A stretch of DNA of 64,000 nt from Alphaproteobacteria bacterium (GTDB lineage: Bacteria; Pseudomonadota; Alphaproteobacteria; UBA2966), in assembly GCA_018654745.1 (NCBI GenBank), contig JABILA010000051.1, positions 6,751 through 70,750 of the forward strand. The letters are read 5' to 3'. Position 1 is the first letter of the stretch; every line of letters begins with the position of its first letter. This document shows positions 42,945 to 53,418 of this stretch, piece by piece. Both the position numbers and the translations under genes were made by a program. The notes below the pieces were generated by a model. It saw nothing but the letters and a program-made list of their open reading frames with translations, was not told the DNA's origin and did not search any database.

Positions 42945-43478
42945 ATGAAGTTTGAGAGACCTGTACGATCCCTCCACACCATATTGATTGCGCTCGCCGC
43001 GATGGTATTTGTGACGAACACAGCCCTGGCCCAGGCACCCAAGTTGCTGGGTAAATACAAGGACTGGGAGGCCTATGCCTTTTCGGACAAGAAAACTGGC
43101 AAAACCTGTTTCATGACATCAACACCCGTCAACATGAAACCGGACAAGGTCAATCACGGCGACGTCTACGGTATGGTCACCCATCGCCCCAAGGCCAAAA
43201 TTCGCAATGAAGTCAGCCTGAATGTGGGCTATCCCTTCAAGGCCCGCAGTGAAGTCTCGATTTCCATAGGCAAATCGCCCTTCAAGATGTATACCAGCGT
43301 CGATACGGCCTGGAGCTATGACGAAGCCGATGACCAGAAGCTGGTGGTGGCCATGCGCGCCGGTGACGAAATGATCGTCCAGGGCCAATCCAAACGGGGC
43401 ACCCGTGTCAGTTACCGGTTTTCGCTTTCAGGCTTCACCAATGCTTACAAGGCCATCAGCAAGGCCTGCAAAAAGTAG
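42945..43478 (+). CDS. invasion-associated locus B (IalB) family protein
   Basis: Signal peptide followed by the conserved IalB region (WEAYAF...KTCFMTS...). The ATG at 42945 has an AAGGGG RBS. Confidence 0.65.
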   Translation: MKFERPVRSLHTILIALAAMVFVTNTALAQAPKLLGKYKDWEAYAFSDKKTGKTCFMTSTPVNMKPDKVNHGDVYGMVTHRPKAKIRNEVSLNVGYPFKARSEVSISIGKSPFKMYTSVDTAWSYDEADDQKLVVAMRAGDEMIVQGQSKRGTRVSYRFSLSGFTNAYKAISKACKK

Positions 43479-43573
43479 TTATGTCAGACATCTGAATGGT
43501 CAGGTGCCCGACCAATTAATTGGCACCTGTTCAAGCCAAATGTTCATGCCAGCTATACAAGATAGATAAAGAC

Positions 43574-44728
43574 ATGCTCGACCTGACGGATATCGAAAAA
43601 CCTGTGCCTGTGGACAATGCAGGACCCGGCGATTTTGACGCCAATGGCAAACGCTATCTGGTCGGTCTGGACCGGGACGAGCTGGCCAATGTTTTTCGCG
43701 AACTGGGTGAGCCTGAAAAATCCCTGCGCATGCGCGCCAATCAGCTTTGGCACTGGCTGTATCATCGCGGCACGCAAGACTTCGAGGATATGACCACCAT
43801 CGCCAAGGGTCTGCGCGCGCGCCTGGCCGAGGTCGCGACCTTGGATCGTGGGGCCATTGAGAGCCATCAACAATCGGAAGACGGCACGGCCAAGTGGCTG
43901 GTGCGTAATGCCGACGGCGCCTTGATTGAAAGCGTTTACATTCCGGAAGAAGATCGCGGCACCCTGTGTGTGTCCAGTCAGGTTGGCTGCACCCTGAATT
44001 GCAGTTTCTGCCATACCGGCACGCAAGCCTGGGTTCGCAATTTGCAACCACGTGAGATCGTCGCCCAGATCATGATCGCCCGCGATACCCTGGGGGAATG
44101 GCCCAGCCCTCAGGAAGGCCGCCTGATCTCCAACGTCGTGATGATGGGTATGGGCGAGCCACTTTATAATCTCGACCATGTCGCCAAGGCCTTGAAGATT
44201 GTTATGGACGGTGACGGTGTCTCCATTTCCAAGCGCCGGATCACCCTCTCTACTGCCGGTGTGGTGCCGATGATGGATCGATGCGGTGAGGAACTGGACG
44301 TTAATCTGGCAGTGTCCCTGCACGCCGTAAATGACGAAACCCGCGATGAGCTGGTGCCGATTAATCGCAAATATCCCATTGCTGAATTGCTGGCTGCCTG
44401 CCGGCGTTATCCAGGTTCTTCCAACTCCCGGCGTATCACATTTGAATATGCCATGCTGAAAGGCGTCAATGATTCGGCGGCAGATGCCAGGGAACTGGTT
44501 CGTATCCTCAAAGGCATTCCGGCGAAGATCAACCTGATCCCGTTTAATCCCTGGCCAGGCGTCGCCTATGACTGTTCAGACTGGCCAACGATCCGCAAGT
44601 TTTCCGATATCGTTTTCAATGCCGGTGTGTCCGCCCCCATTCGCATGCCACGCGGTCGGGATATCATGGCGGCCTGCGGTCAGCTGAAATCTGCCAGTGT
44701 TAAACAACGCGCCTCTCAAAGAACCTGA
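43574..44728 (+). CDS. rlmN: 23S rRNA (adenine2503-C2)-methyltransferase RlmN (radical SAM)
   Basis: CxxxCxxC cluster motif ([12 protein letters not shown]) and full-length similarity to RlmN. Confidence 0.9.
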   Translation: MLDLTDIEKPVPVDNAGPGDFDANGKRYLVGLDRDELANVFRELGEPEKSLRMRANQLWHWLYHRGTQDFEDMTTIAKGLRARLAEVATLDRGAIESHQQSEDGTAKWLVRNADGALIESVYIPEEDRGTLCVSSQVGCTLNCSFCHTGTQAWVRNLQPREIVAQIMIARDTLGEWPSPQEGRLISNVVMMGMGEPLYNLDHVAKALKIVMDGDGVSISKRRITLSTAGVVPMMDRCGEELDVNLAVSLHAVNDETRDELVPINRKYPIAELLAACRRYPGSSNSRRITFEYAMLKGVNDSAADARELVRILKGIPAKINLIPFNPWPGVAYDCSDWPTIRKFSDIVFNAGVSAPIRMPRGRDIMAACGQLKSASVKQRASQRT

Positions 44729-45432
44729 AGACCAAATCCGGCCAACAAAGATGAAGCCTGGTCCTTTGAGATAATAGCACCCTTGAGGGTTGTTGCCTGA
44801 TCAAGGGTGATGACGCCCATGTCCACCGCGCGAAGGTCAGCGCCCTGGAAACGGGTCTCCAGCAATCTGGCCCCGCGCAGTTTGCAATTTTGAAAAACAC
44901 AATCTTCGAAATTTACCCTGGCAAGATCGGCTTCCGACATGTCCAGATTGTTCAAAGTCTGGCGTCGAAAGGACAGGCCCTGAAGATCGGCCATGACCAA
45001 TGCACAATCTTCCAGTTCAAGACCGACGCCGTGGCATTGCGTTAACGATGCACCTGTCATACGGCATTTTTCAAACCGGGCTGAGGTCAATTTTGCACCG
45101 CCCCAAACAGTGTTGGAAAGATCGCAACCTTCAAAGCGGGCATCGGAAAAATCAGCCTCGATAAAGTCCGCACCGCCCAGACGACAATTCAGCCATTGGC
45201 TCTCTGCCGCCAGCAGATGGCGCGCGGAAAAAGCCGGAAAAGTGCAATCCGTAAAATGGCAGCCCGTAAAATCTGCTTCAGTGAAATCCTCTGCCGAGAA
45301 GTCACACCCTGAAAATCTCAACGGCGACGATTCCGTGGATCGAACCTGCAGATCGTCGACCAGGTCGCGATCCACAGACTGCCCACGGACAATCAGGTCA
45401 TTTTCGGCGGTATCAAAAAGGTTCTCTTGCAT
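44716..45432 (-). CDS. pentapeptide repeat-containing protein
   Basis: Tandem A(D/N)LxG/F pentapeptide repeats throughout. I placed the start at MQENLFD (45432) to avoid overlapping doxX. Confidence 0.65.
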   Translation of the reverse strand: MQENLFDTAENDLIVRGQSVDRDLVDDLQVRSTESSPLRFSGCDFSAEDFTEADFTGCHFTDCTFPAFSARHLLAAESQWLNCRLGGADFIEADFSDARFEGCDLSNTVWGGAKLTSARFEKCRMTGASLTQCHGVGLELEDCALVMADLQGLSFRRQTLNNLDMSEADLARVNFEDCVFQNCKLRGARLLETRFQGADLRAVDMGVITLDQATTLKGAIISKDQASSLLAGFGLQVL

Positions 45433-45487
45433 ACATACGATATAGACGCTTTTGCAATCAATCAGAACCGTGCGCCACCAATCAGTA

Positions 45488-45898
45488 TCAGGCCGAGGCC
45501 ACTTCCGTCGCTTCAGTTCGACCAAAACGTTTGAACAAAAACAGTAATATTGCCAGCAAAACAGCCGCCGGAATGGCCTGGGGAACAGGATCATTCAGGG
45601 CATGCATGGTGATCGCGCCGACCATGATGACAGCCAGACCCAGGGCCGCCAGACGGCGCAAGGGCCAAGGCACAACAACTGTCATATTCAGCCACAGGCC
45701 AATAGCGCCTGCCACTTCACAGGCACCAATGAAATACATGAACTCGACGGGCAGGCCATATTTTGTGAAACTCTGCACCATTTCCTCGGCCCCCGACAAT
45801 TTCATCGTGCCCGCCCCAAGATAGGCCAACGTTGCCAATCCTGTCGCCGCCAATGTGCCCCATTTTGCTGCCTTGCTGCTCATTTTGATCCCTTTCAA
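45488..45898 (-). CDS. DoxX family membrane protein
   Basis: 136-aa 4-TM DoxX-like protein. Confidence 0.7.
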   Translation of the reverse strand: MKGIKMSSKAAKWGTLAATGLATLAYLGAGTMKLSGAEEMVQSFTKYGLPVEFMYFIGACEVAGAIGLWLNMTVVVPWPLRRLAALGLAVIMVGAITMHALNDPVPQAIPAAVLLAILLFLFKRFGRTEATEVASA

Positions 45899-46030
45899 AA
45901 TAGAAAATTTAATTGGAATAATTCACTACTGTGGAAATAGGGCTTCTGACTCCAACAAATAACCGATATAATATCGACCTAGTCAACCAAAATATTCATA
46001 TGACTTTATTTTTGGCAATCTGAAAGCCTC

Positions 46031-46921
46031 ATGATCCATCCCAATCTGCTCGATCAACTGGAAATGTTCGTCAGTGCCGCAGAGCTTGGCACATTCTCCG
46101 CAACTGCAAAAAAACTGGGTCGGTCCCAGAATGTCGTGAGCTATGGCATTTCGACCCTGGAAGAAAGTCTCAACGTCAGTCTGTTTGACCGCAGTGGGCA
46201 CAAGGCCGTCCTGACAAAGACAGGTGTCGCCCTGCGGCGTCAGGCCGAAAATATCGTCGATGCGGCACACGGACTGTCGCGAACGGCCAATGAGCTGGCC
46301 TCTGGCGTTGAATCAGTTCTGACCATCGCGGTTGATGACATGATCCCGTTCGATTTTCTTGAAGATGCGCTTATCGCCGTTGAAGAGCGATATCCCGGTC
46401 TGGAGCTTCGCCTGAACAGCACGTCCGGACAGGACATTTTTCGCATGGTCACTGAGGGTCACGCAGCCATGGGTCTGGGCGTAACCCTTGTCGAGAACCT
46501 GACCAAACATACGTCTGCAATTGTCGGCACACTTCAGATGATACCTGTAATCAGTCCTCGTCTGATGGCAGATATGCCGGAAAGCAGTTTTGAAAAAAGC
46601 AATTTTGATCCCGCAAACCAGCGACAGATCGTCCTGTCACGGGCACAGGCCCCGGAATCCAGCCCCGATCAGGGCGTCTTCAGCACCCATATCTGGCGAG
46701 TACCCGACACAAAATCAAAACTGGAGCTGATCCAGCGTGGATTTGGCTGGGGGATGCTGCCAGCCCATCAGGTTGAACAAGACCTGACAGACGGCACCCT
46801 TCATCAGTTGCAGCTTGCCTCCCTGAAGGTTTTGCCTGAGCTGCCGATCTTTGTATTTGGCCTGATCGATTCACCGCTCGGCCCGGCGGCTTCCCTGTTT
46901 CGCGATCAGATTGCAAACTAA
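46031..46921 (+). CDS. LysR family transcriptional regulator
   Basis: N-terminal HTH (FSATAKKLGRSQNVVSYGISTLE) and a LysR substrate-binding domain. Divergent from doxX and upstream of the caspase-like gene. Confidence 0.85.
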   Translation: MIHPNLLDQLEMFVSAAELGTFSATAKKLGRSQNVVSYGISTLEESLNVSLFDRSGHKAVLTKTGVALRRQAENIVDAAHGLSRTANELASGVESVLTIAVDDMIPFDFLEDALIAVEERYPGLELRLNSTSGQDIFRMVTEGHAAMGLGVTLVENLTKHTSAIVGTLQMIPVISPRLMADMPESSFEKSNFDPANQRQIVLSRAQAPESSPDQGVFSTHIWRVPDTKSKLELIQRGFGWGMLPAHQVEQDLTDGTLHQLQLASLKVLPELPIFVFGLIDSPLGPAASLFRDQIAN

Positions 46922-47016
46922 CCTGGACACCGACTTTGGTTTTGCAATTGATCTAAAAGAAACACCTTCGCTTTCTCTCTATTAGGGCGTAAACTATACG
47001 ATTATTTATACAATCA

Positions 47017-48468
47017 ATGGGGTCTGTTATGCGCCAGCAATCGAACGTGCCTGGGTTCGCCTGTTTTGAGGATTTTCGCTGGAAAGGCCTTGCCCTGGGT
47101 CTATTCGCCCTGCTCTTCGTGGCCCTGCAGTCTGCGGCTTCGTTCGCCGAAACAACAAACAGACGCGCCGTCGCTGTGATCATGGGTAATTCAAACTATC
47201 TCGGGTCCATCCCGAAAGTTGACTATGCTCTCAACGATGCAGATGCATTCAAGACTTTCGTCGTTGATGTACTGGGCTATGACCCCGACAATATTATTGA
47301 CATGAGAGATGCGACCAAGGCCGAAATGGAAACAGCTTTTGGCAACAGCAGATCCTTTGAAGGCAAACTTTGGCGCTATCTTGATCCAAAGGGCCGGTCT
47401 GATGTTGTGGTGTTCTATTCCGGACATGGTGTGCCAGGCCTGAAAGACAAACGCGGATATCTTTTACCTGTTGATGCGGATGCAAATGCGCCTGAAATAA
47501 ATGGCTATCCGTTGGATTTAATGCTTGGAAATCTTGGCAAACTGAAAGTGAATTCGCTCTCGGTCTACATCGATGCCTGCTTCTCTGGTGAAAGCCCGAA
47601 AGGCATGCTCGTGCAATCGGCATCCGGCATTTCAATCGTTCCTCAGATGCCAAGCCAGTCATCTGCGATGACCTTGATCACAGCGGCCCAGGGAGACCAG
47701 GTTGCCTCCTGGGACAACAAGGCAAAACATGGCATGTTTACCAAACACTTGCTGGATGCCTTGTATGGCAAAGCCGACGGTGAGCTTTATGGCAATGCCG
47801 ATGGCAAGGTCGCCCTTTCCGAAGTCAGGGAATATCTGGATGATCGCATGACCCGGTCTGCCAGACGTGAATTCGGACGCCATCAAAATGCCTGGTTCAG
47901 TGGCCAGGATGAACAGCTTCTGGTTCAAACCGTTTCAGCTACCGGTCGTCCGGAACAAATCCGCGCCGCGCCCGTCGTCAAAAAACCCAAGCCCGTTGTT
48001 GTTGCAAAAAGGGTCGTTGCCCCGAAGCCCGTCGTTGTTGCCAAACCTGTCGTTGTCGTTCGGGCCCCGGTTAAGCGTGTCGCCCCTGCTTTTGATGTTA
48101 CCGGGCTGGAGCGCAATTCAACCTGGCGGATCACCGTTGATTTCGACGAGATATGGAGCGCAAATTTCTCTGAGGAAATTACCATCGTCAACGGCAAAAT
48201 TGGCGAATCACTTTATAATGGTGCCCTGATTCTTAACATATGGGGCAACATGCGACGGGGCGTCATGGAGTTGAACGGCCGGGTCGCCGACCATGAACGA
48301 TTTGTACACGCCCCCTGGGGGCCCGCTGTGGAAATGGTCCCGCATACATTTGAAACTAACACTGATGTTACCGGGCCGACTTTCGAAATTAACACAACAG
48401 CAGGGGCAGATTTCACGGGAGACAAATCTCCTGTCAAAATACGGTTTTCACTGCTTCGTCGATCTTGA
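47017..48468 (+). CDS. secreted caspase family protein (peptidase C14) with a Pro/Val-rich linker and an uncharacterised C-terminal domain
   Basis: N-terminal signal/TM segment. Caspase His/Cys dyad context (VFYSGHGVPG ... VYIDACFSGE). A linker of KPVVVAK repeats is followed by a ~125-aa C-terminal domain of unknown family. Confidence 0.75.
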   Translation: MGSVMRQQSNVPGFACFEDFRWKGLALGLFALLFVALQSAASFAETTNRRAVAVIMGNSNYLGSIPKVDYALNDADAFKTFVVDVLGYDPDNIIDMRDATKAEMETAFGNSRSFEGKLWRYLDPKGRSDVVVFYSGHGVPGLKDKRGYLLPVDADANAPEINGYPLDLMLGNLGKLKVNSLSVYIDACFSGESPKGMLVQSASGISIVPQMPSQSSAMTLITAAQGDQVASWDNKAKHGMFTKHLLDALYGKADGELYGNADGKVALSEVREYLDDRMTRSARREFGRHQNAWFSGQDEQLLVQTVSATGRPEQIRAAPVVKKPKPVVVAKRVVAPKPVVVAKPVVVVRAPVKRVAPAFDVTGLERNSTWRITVDFDEIWSANFSEEITIVNGKIGESLYNGALILNIWGNMRRGVMELNGRVADHERFVHAPWGPAVEMVPHTFETNTDVTGPTFEINTTAGADFTGDKSPVKIRFSLLRRS

Positions 48469-48528
48469 GAGATATCTGACACCTGACTTACTCAAGGGAT
48501 TAAGACCTGCTCTTGAATAAGATTTGAC

Positions 48529-48574
48529 AATCCCTATATTTCGATTATTCTGGAATTATCGAAATATAGGGATT
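48529..48574. promoter_or_regulatory. long inverted repeat (probable ArsR operator) overlapping a sigma70-like promoter
   Basis: The arms aatccctatatttcgat and atcgaaatatagggatt flank a 12-bp centre. TTGACA at 48524-48529 and a TATTCT -10-like hexamer lie within it. The ArsR ATG follows 7 bp downstream, at 48581. Confidence 0.6.
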
Positions 48575-48580
48575 GATCTG

Positions 48581-48898
48581 ATGGATATTGAAACGGCAGC
48601 CCGGTGTATGGAGGCTTTGGGCAACCCAAAGCGCCTTGAAATCGTTTTGTTGCTGGTGAAGGCAGGACCTGAGGGATTGCCCGTCGGTGATATTCGCCGT
48701 CACCTGGAAATACCAGGCTCAACCCTGTCTCATCACTTATTGCACCTCGTTGGTGCGGGTGTCATCCGTCAGGACCGCGAAGGTCGAGTGCTGCGGTGTC
48801 ATCCTGATTTTGACCAGTTGCGCGGCCTTGCCACCATGTTGTTTGCCGAATGTTGCACGGGCGTCGCCGCCGATGCCTCACAAGCACAAGCCGGTTGA
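48581..48898 (+). CDS. ArsR family metalloregulatory transcriptional repressor
   Basis: Winged HTH (LGNPKRLEIVLLLVKAGPEGLPVGDIRRHLEIPGSTLSHHLLHLVGAGVI) plus C-terminal Cys residues (ECCTG). Confidence 0.75.
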   Translation: MDIETAARCMEALGNPKRLEIVLLLVKAGPEGLPVGDIRRHLEIPGSTLSHHLLHLVGAGVIRQDREGRVLRCHPDFDQLRGLATMLFAECCTGVAADASQAQAG

Positions 48899-48913
48899 GG
48901 GAAAGATATAACC

Positions 48914-49960
48914 ATGACAGATACAAGCCTCACACCGGCCTCGCCGATCAGCTGGTTCAAAAAGGCCGACAAGGTTTTGCTGGCCATTTTTGCCATCTTT
49001 GCGGCTTTGCTGATCCTGCTGCCCCAACAGGCGCTGGATAGTGCCATCTTCACCGGGCAAAGCCTCGGCGGCATTCTGGTGTTTCTGATCATCGCCGTCA
49101 CCCTGGCGGCCTGGGCCACTGCGACCGGTCTTGATAAACAGGTCGCCCTGGTCTTTTCCGGCAATCCGACAAAAACAATTATCCTGGCGGCCCTGTTCGG
49201 TGCGTTATCACCGTTCTGTTCCTGCGGCGTGGTCCCGATCATCGCCGGTCTGTTGGCAGCCGGTGTGCCCATGGCTCCGGTCATGGCCTTCTGGATTGCC
49301 TCCCCCATCATGGACCCCAGCATGTTTTTTGTAACCTCGGCGGTGCTGGGTATTCCCTTCGCCGTTGCCAAAACGCTTGCGGCTGTTGTCATGGGTCTGG
49401 GTGCGGGATTTGCCATGCATGTCTTTGCCAAATCATCTGTCTTCGCCAATCCCTTGCGGCCCATGGTCAAAATGGGGTGCGGCACCAATACAGCACCACT
49501 GGCCGAACGCACCGACCCGGAAATTGTCTGGAAGTTCTGGCGTCACGATGAACGCCGGTCAAAGTTTGCCAGTACGTCAAAAGAAACCGGCTGGTTCCTG
49601 ATGCGCTGGCTGACCCTGGCCTTTGTTCTCGAAAGCCTGATGGTGGCTTACTTGCCTGCCGACTTTGTTGGCAGCTGGCTGGGTGGCGACAACTGGTGGT
49701 CCATTCCCCTGGGCGTGCTGGTGGGCATTCCGGCCTATCTCAACGGCTATGCCGCTGTCCCCACGATCGATGCATTGTTGAACCTGGGCATGATGCCAGG
49801 GGCCGCCATGTCGTTCCTGATTGCCGGCAGCGTTACAAGCATCCCCGCCGCCATGGCTGTTTTTGCCCTGGTGCGATTGCCGGTCTTCGGGTTCTACATC
49901 TTGCTGGGGGTCGCCGGTGCCACCCTCAGCGGTATTGCCTGGCAAGTGGTGATGTTCTGA
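48914..49960 (+). CDS. permease of the PF03773/DUF318 family, ArsP-like (organoarsenical efflux permease-like)
   Basis: 348-aa polytopic membrane protein with a conserved SPFCSCGVVP motif (the TPFcSC motif of ArsP) in the second TM loop. Immediately downstream of the arsR gene. Confidence 0.65.
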   Translation: MTDTSLTPASPISWFKKADKVLLAIFAIFAALLILLPQQALDSAIFTGQSLGGILVFLIIAVTLAAWATATGLDKQVALVFSGNPTKTIILAALFGALSPFCSCGVVPIIAGLLAAGVPMAPVMAFWIASPIMDPSMFFVTSAVLGIPFAVAKTLAAVVMGLGAGFAMHVFAKSSVFANPLRPMVKMGCGTNTAPLAERTDPEIVWKFWRHDERRSKFASTSKETGWFLMRWLTLAFVLESLMVAYLPADFVGSWLGGDNWWSIPLGVLVGIPAYLNGYAAVPTIDALLNLGMMPGAAMSFLIAGSVTSIPAAMAVFALVRLPVFGFYILLGVAGATLSGIAWQVVMF

Positions 49961-49984
49961 ACGCCAGCGATCAGACACAAAAAA

Positions 49985-50018
49985 AGGCCCGGCAAAATCG
50001 CCGGGCCTTTTCTATTTG
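49985..50018. terminator. bidirectional Rho-independent terminator
   Basis: aaaaa-aggcccggc-aaaatc-gccgggcct-tttctatttg, with A-tract and T-tract flanks, between two convergent genes. Confidence 0.75.
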
Positions 50019-50032
50019 ATAAGCCGCGTTGA

Positions 50033-50755
50033 CTAATCACGCTGGCCAAAGAGATGCATCAACATGATGAACAGGTTGATGAAATCCAGATACAAGGTCA
50101 GTGCACCCATAATGGCTTTTTTCTGGGAAACTTCGCTTGAGTCTGCTGCGTAATACATCTGGCGAATTTTCTGGGTGTCATAGGCTGTCAGACCAACGAA
50201 GACCAGAACACCAATAACCGAGATCGCAAAATGCAAGGCTGAAGACGCCAGGAAGATGTTCACAACGCTGGCAATGATAATGCCGATCAGGCCCATCATC
50301 AGCAAGGAGCCGAGCTTGGTCAGATCCTTCTTGGTGGTGTAGCCATAGAGGCTCATGGCACCAAACGTACCCGCCGTGATGAAGAAGACACGGGCGACGC
50401 TGGCGCCGGTGTATTGCAACAAAATGGTCGACAGGGAAATACCCATCATGCCGGCAAAAACCCAGAACACTGTTTGTGCTGTGGACGCCTTCATGGTTTG
50501 GATTTTGGCGCTGAGGAAAAATACCAGGCCAAGGGGTGCCAGAACAAACAGCCACATCAGGCCGGTGCCGAAAATGACTTGTTGAAGGGACTGGTTGGTG
50601 GCAACAAAAAATGCAACTACGCCGGACAACGCCAGGGCCGATCCCATGTAGTTGTAGACCTTGAGCATGTAGTTGCGCAGACCCACGTCAACTTGTTGTT
50701 GCGTCGCGGCGCCTGCTGCATTCATTGAGAGGCGCGCTTTGGTATCCAGTGCCAT
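50033..50755 (-). CDS. Bax inhibitor-1 / YccA family membrane protein
   Basis: 240-aa 7-TM protein with BI-1 family similarity along its length. Confidence 0.8.
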   Translation of the reverse strand: MALDTKARLSMNAAGAATQQQVDVGLRNYMLKVYNYMGSALALSGVVAFFVATNQSLQQVIFGTGLMWLFVLAPLGLVFFLSAKIQTMKASTAQTVFWVFAGMMGISLSTILLQYTGASVARVFFITAGTFGAMSLYGYTTKKDLTKLGSLLMMGLIGIIIASVVNIFLASSALHFAISVIGVLVFVGLTAYDTQKIRQMYYAADSSEVSQKKAIMGALTLYLDFINLFIMLMHLFGQRD

Positions 50756-50878
50756 TTAATACTCCCGTGGCAATATTGAGCTACGGCCCGGCATGTGCCA
50801 AAACCGCTCTTATGGCAAATATCGTTACTTTTGCCCGCTATTTCAAGGGTCAGCGTTCAGTATTGCTGGTCTTGAAGC

Positions 50879-53413
50879 CTAAACATGACGCAGAACTGTG
50901 GCAGCTTTTTGTCCAAGTGCGCGCCAGGTGCCAATAAAACCGAGGGCAATTGTCAGAATTATGCCGCCGCCAGCCGTCAAGCCCGCGGCCAGAGGCAGAA
51001 AAACCCATTCCCCTGCCATGAAAAAGGTCATTACGGTCCAGGCTGCAATAGTGCCGACCAGTGTTGCCAATAAAGCGGTTGATCCGCCCAGCAAGGCATA
51101 TTCAATCAGATAGGCCCGCGCCACATCCCGCCGGGTCGCACCCAGAACTTTCAAAATCACTGAATCATAAACCCGTCTGGAATGGCCTGCTGCCAGGGCA
51201 CCAGCCAGAACCAGAATACCGGCAATGACCGTCACCGCCGCAGATGCCCGGATCGCCGACGAGATCCGGTCGAACATGGCTGTTACCGTATCCAGCACAT
51301 CACCAACCCGGATTGCCGAGACATTGGGCAGTGCCTTGCTGAGGGCTTTTTGCAATGCCGTTTCGTGTGCTTTTGGTGCGCTGACCGTTGCAATGTGAAC
51401 CTGCGGCGCGCCTTCAAGCGCGCCGGGGGCAAAGACGACCGAAAAATTCAGCTGCATCGTAGTCCAGTCAATTTTGCGTAAATTGGCCACGCGCGCCTGC
51501 ATCTTGCGACCCAGAATATTGAAGGTAACAGTGTCATCAACCTTGATATTCAGGTTCTCGCCGACATGTGCACCCAGCGAAATCAACGGCGGCCCCTGGT
51601 AATCCTTTGGCCACCAGACACCGTCGGTTAGTACAGTTTTAGTTGGCATTTCGGCCATATAGCTGAAAGCAAGTTCGTTATGGGCAAACCAGCCTCCATC
51701 TTTCTCAGCGGGAAAGGTATCAGCACTTTCCCCTTTGATCATGGCAACACGGCCGCGCAGCATCGGCACCCGTTGCACCAGTTCCCCGCCTTCAATTGCC
51801 GCCACGGTCGCGTCAAACAGCGGTACCTGATCAGGCTGAATATCGATGAAGAAAAAGGAAGGTGCACGATCCGGAATTCGGCTTTGCACCTGGCGGTTAA
51901 GATTGCCTTCAATCAGGGCGATGGTCACCAGCACCGTCAGACCAGCGCCCATGGAAATCACGACGCCAGCTGTGGGCGCACCAGGGCGAACCAGGTTCGA
52001 TAACGCCAGTCTCAGGCCAGGTTTGCGCGGTCGCGGCAAGCGCGCCAGCAGCATGATCAGGCCCCGGGCCAATATCCAGAAGGCCAACAAGGACGCAACT
52101 GATGCGCCGATGAACCATTGCGCCAGACGGGCATTGTCGCCGCTAGTCAGGGCCAGCAAGATCAACAAAGCTGCGGAAATTGCCAATAACAATATATCGC
52201 GCAGCGGAGGCCAGCGGCATTCGCCGCCAATGATATCGCGGAACAAACCGGCTGCCGGCACTTCACGCGCCCGGGCCAACGGCCACAAGGCAAAGGCAAA
52301 AGCCGTCAATACGCCAAAGGCTGCCGCCCGAACCAGAGGCACAGGATAAACTGAAATATCTGCAGCCACGGGCAACTGACCTTCCAGGACCCCAAGTGCA
52401 ATCATCGGCAAGGCCGCCCCCAGCACCAGACCCCCGGCGATGCCCAGAACCGCCAGTAATCCAATTTCAATCAGATAAATCCGGAAGATCATTGCCCCTT
52501 CTGCGCCGAGGCATTTCAACGTCGCGATGGTTTCTGTGCGCCCGGCAAGATAGGCCTGGACCGCATTGCCAACACCCACACCGCCAATAATCAAGGCTGT
52601 CAGCCCGACCAGGGTCAGGAACAAACCAAGGCGATCGACAAAGCGTTTAACCGATGGCTGCGCCGTTTTAACATCGCCAATTCGCCAGGCTGTATCGGGC
52701 CAGGCAGTATCAATTTTCTTGCGCCAAAGCTCCAGATCCGCCTCAGGCGCCAGGCGCATACGGTATTTATGACGCACCAGACTGCCTTGCTGGATCAGTC
52801 CAGCGGCATCCAGGGTCTGATTGTTGATCATCAACCGTGGCCCCAGGGCGAAGGTGCCGCTAACCCGGTCGGGTTCGGTCACCAGCACGGCTCGCAACAC
52901 GACCTGGATTTTACCGAGATCAAGTTTGTCGCCGACCTTCACACCCAGACGCGCCAGCAAGGCCGGTTCTGCAACCGCCCCCTTCAAACCATTTTGATCC
53001 GCCAGTGCTGCCGCCAACGGCATCGGGGGATCCAGCGTCACCTGGCCATACAAGGGATAAGCCGCCGCACCTGACGTGGCAACGGCTTTCAATTCAACCA
53101 GCGTCTGGCTGCCGCCATCCGGTACCCTGGCCATAGTCCGCAAGTTGCGCACAAGGCTGAGCGCCTGGCTGTTATCAGCCATCCAGGTGACCTGATCCGC
53201 CGTTGCCGCGCGACTGGAAAGCCGCACTTCGACGTCGGCCCCCAGCAGGTTCCGGGCATTGTTGTCGATCCCGGCCCGGATCGCCGAACCCAGAGAGCCC
53301 ACACCGGCAATGGCTGTAACACCCAGGGTCAGGCAAGCCAGAAAAATCCGGAAACCTTTCAGGCCCCCGCGCAGATCACGCCAGGCAAATCGAACACTGA
53401 GGGGCAAGGCCAT
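50879..53413 (-). CDS. ybbP: ABC transporter permease, FtsX-like duplicated (YbbP-like)
   Basis: 844-aa ORF with two FtsX/MacB-type permease modules. Downstream of its ATPase partner. Confidence 0.8.
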   Translation of the reverse strand: MALPLSVRFAWRDLRGGLKGFRIFLACLTLGVTAIAGVGSLGSAIRAGIDNNARNLLGADVEVRLSSRAATADQVTWMADNSQALSLVRNLRTMARVPDGGSQTLVELKAVATSGAAAYPLYGQVTLDPPMPLAAALADQNGLKGAVAEPALLARLGVKVGDKLDLGKIQVVLRAVLVTEPDRVSGTFALGPRLMINNQTLDAAGLIQQGSLVRHKYRMRLAPEADLELWRKKIDTAWPDTAWRIGDVKTAQPSVKRFVDRLGLFLTLVGLTALIIGGVGVGNAVQAYLAGRTETIATLKCLGAEGAMIFRIYLIEIGLLAVLGIAGGLVLGAALPMIALGVLEGQLPVAADISVYPVPLVRAAAFGVLTAFAFALWPLARAREVPAAGLFRDIIGGECRWPPLRDILLLAISAALLILLALTSGDNARLAQWFIGASVASLLAFWILARGLIMLLARLPRPRKPGLRLALSNLVRPGAPTAGVVISMGAGLTVLVTIALIEGNLNRQVQSRIPDRAPSFFFIDIQPDQVPLFDATVAAIEGGELVQRVPMLRGRVAMIKGESADTFPAEKDGGWFAHNELAFSYMAEMPTKTVLTDGVWWPKDYQGPPLISLGAHVGENLNIKVDDTVTFNILGRKMQARVANLRKIDWTTMQLNFSVVFAPGALEGAPQVHIATVSAPKAHETALQKALSKALPNVSAIRVGDVLDTVTAMFDRISSAIRASAAVTVIAGILVLAGALAAGHSRRVYDSVILKVLGATRRDVARAYLIEYALLGGSTALLATLVGTIAAWTVMTFFMAGEWVFLPLAAGLTAGGGIILTIALGFIGTWRALGQKAATVLRHV

Positions 53414-53418
53414 GTCGG

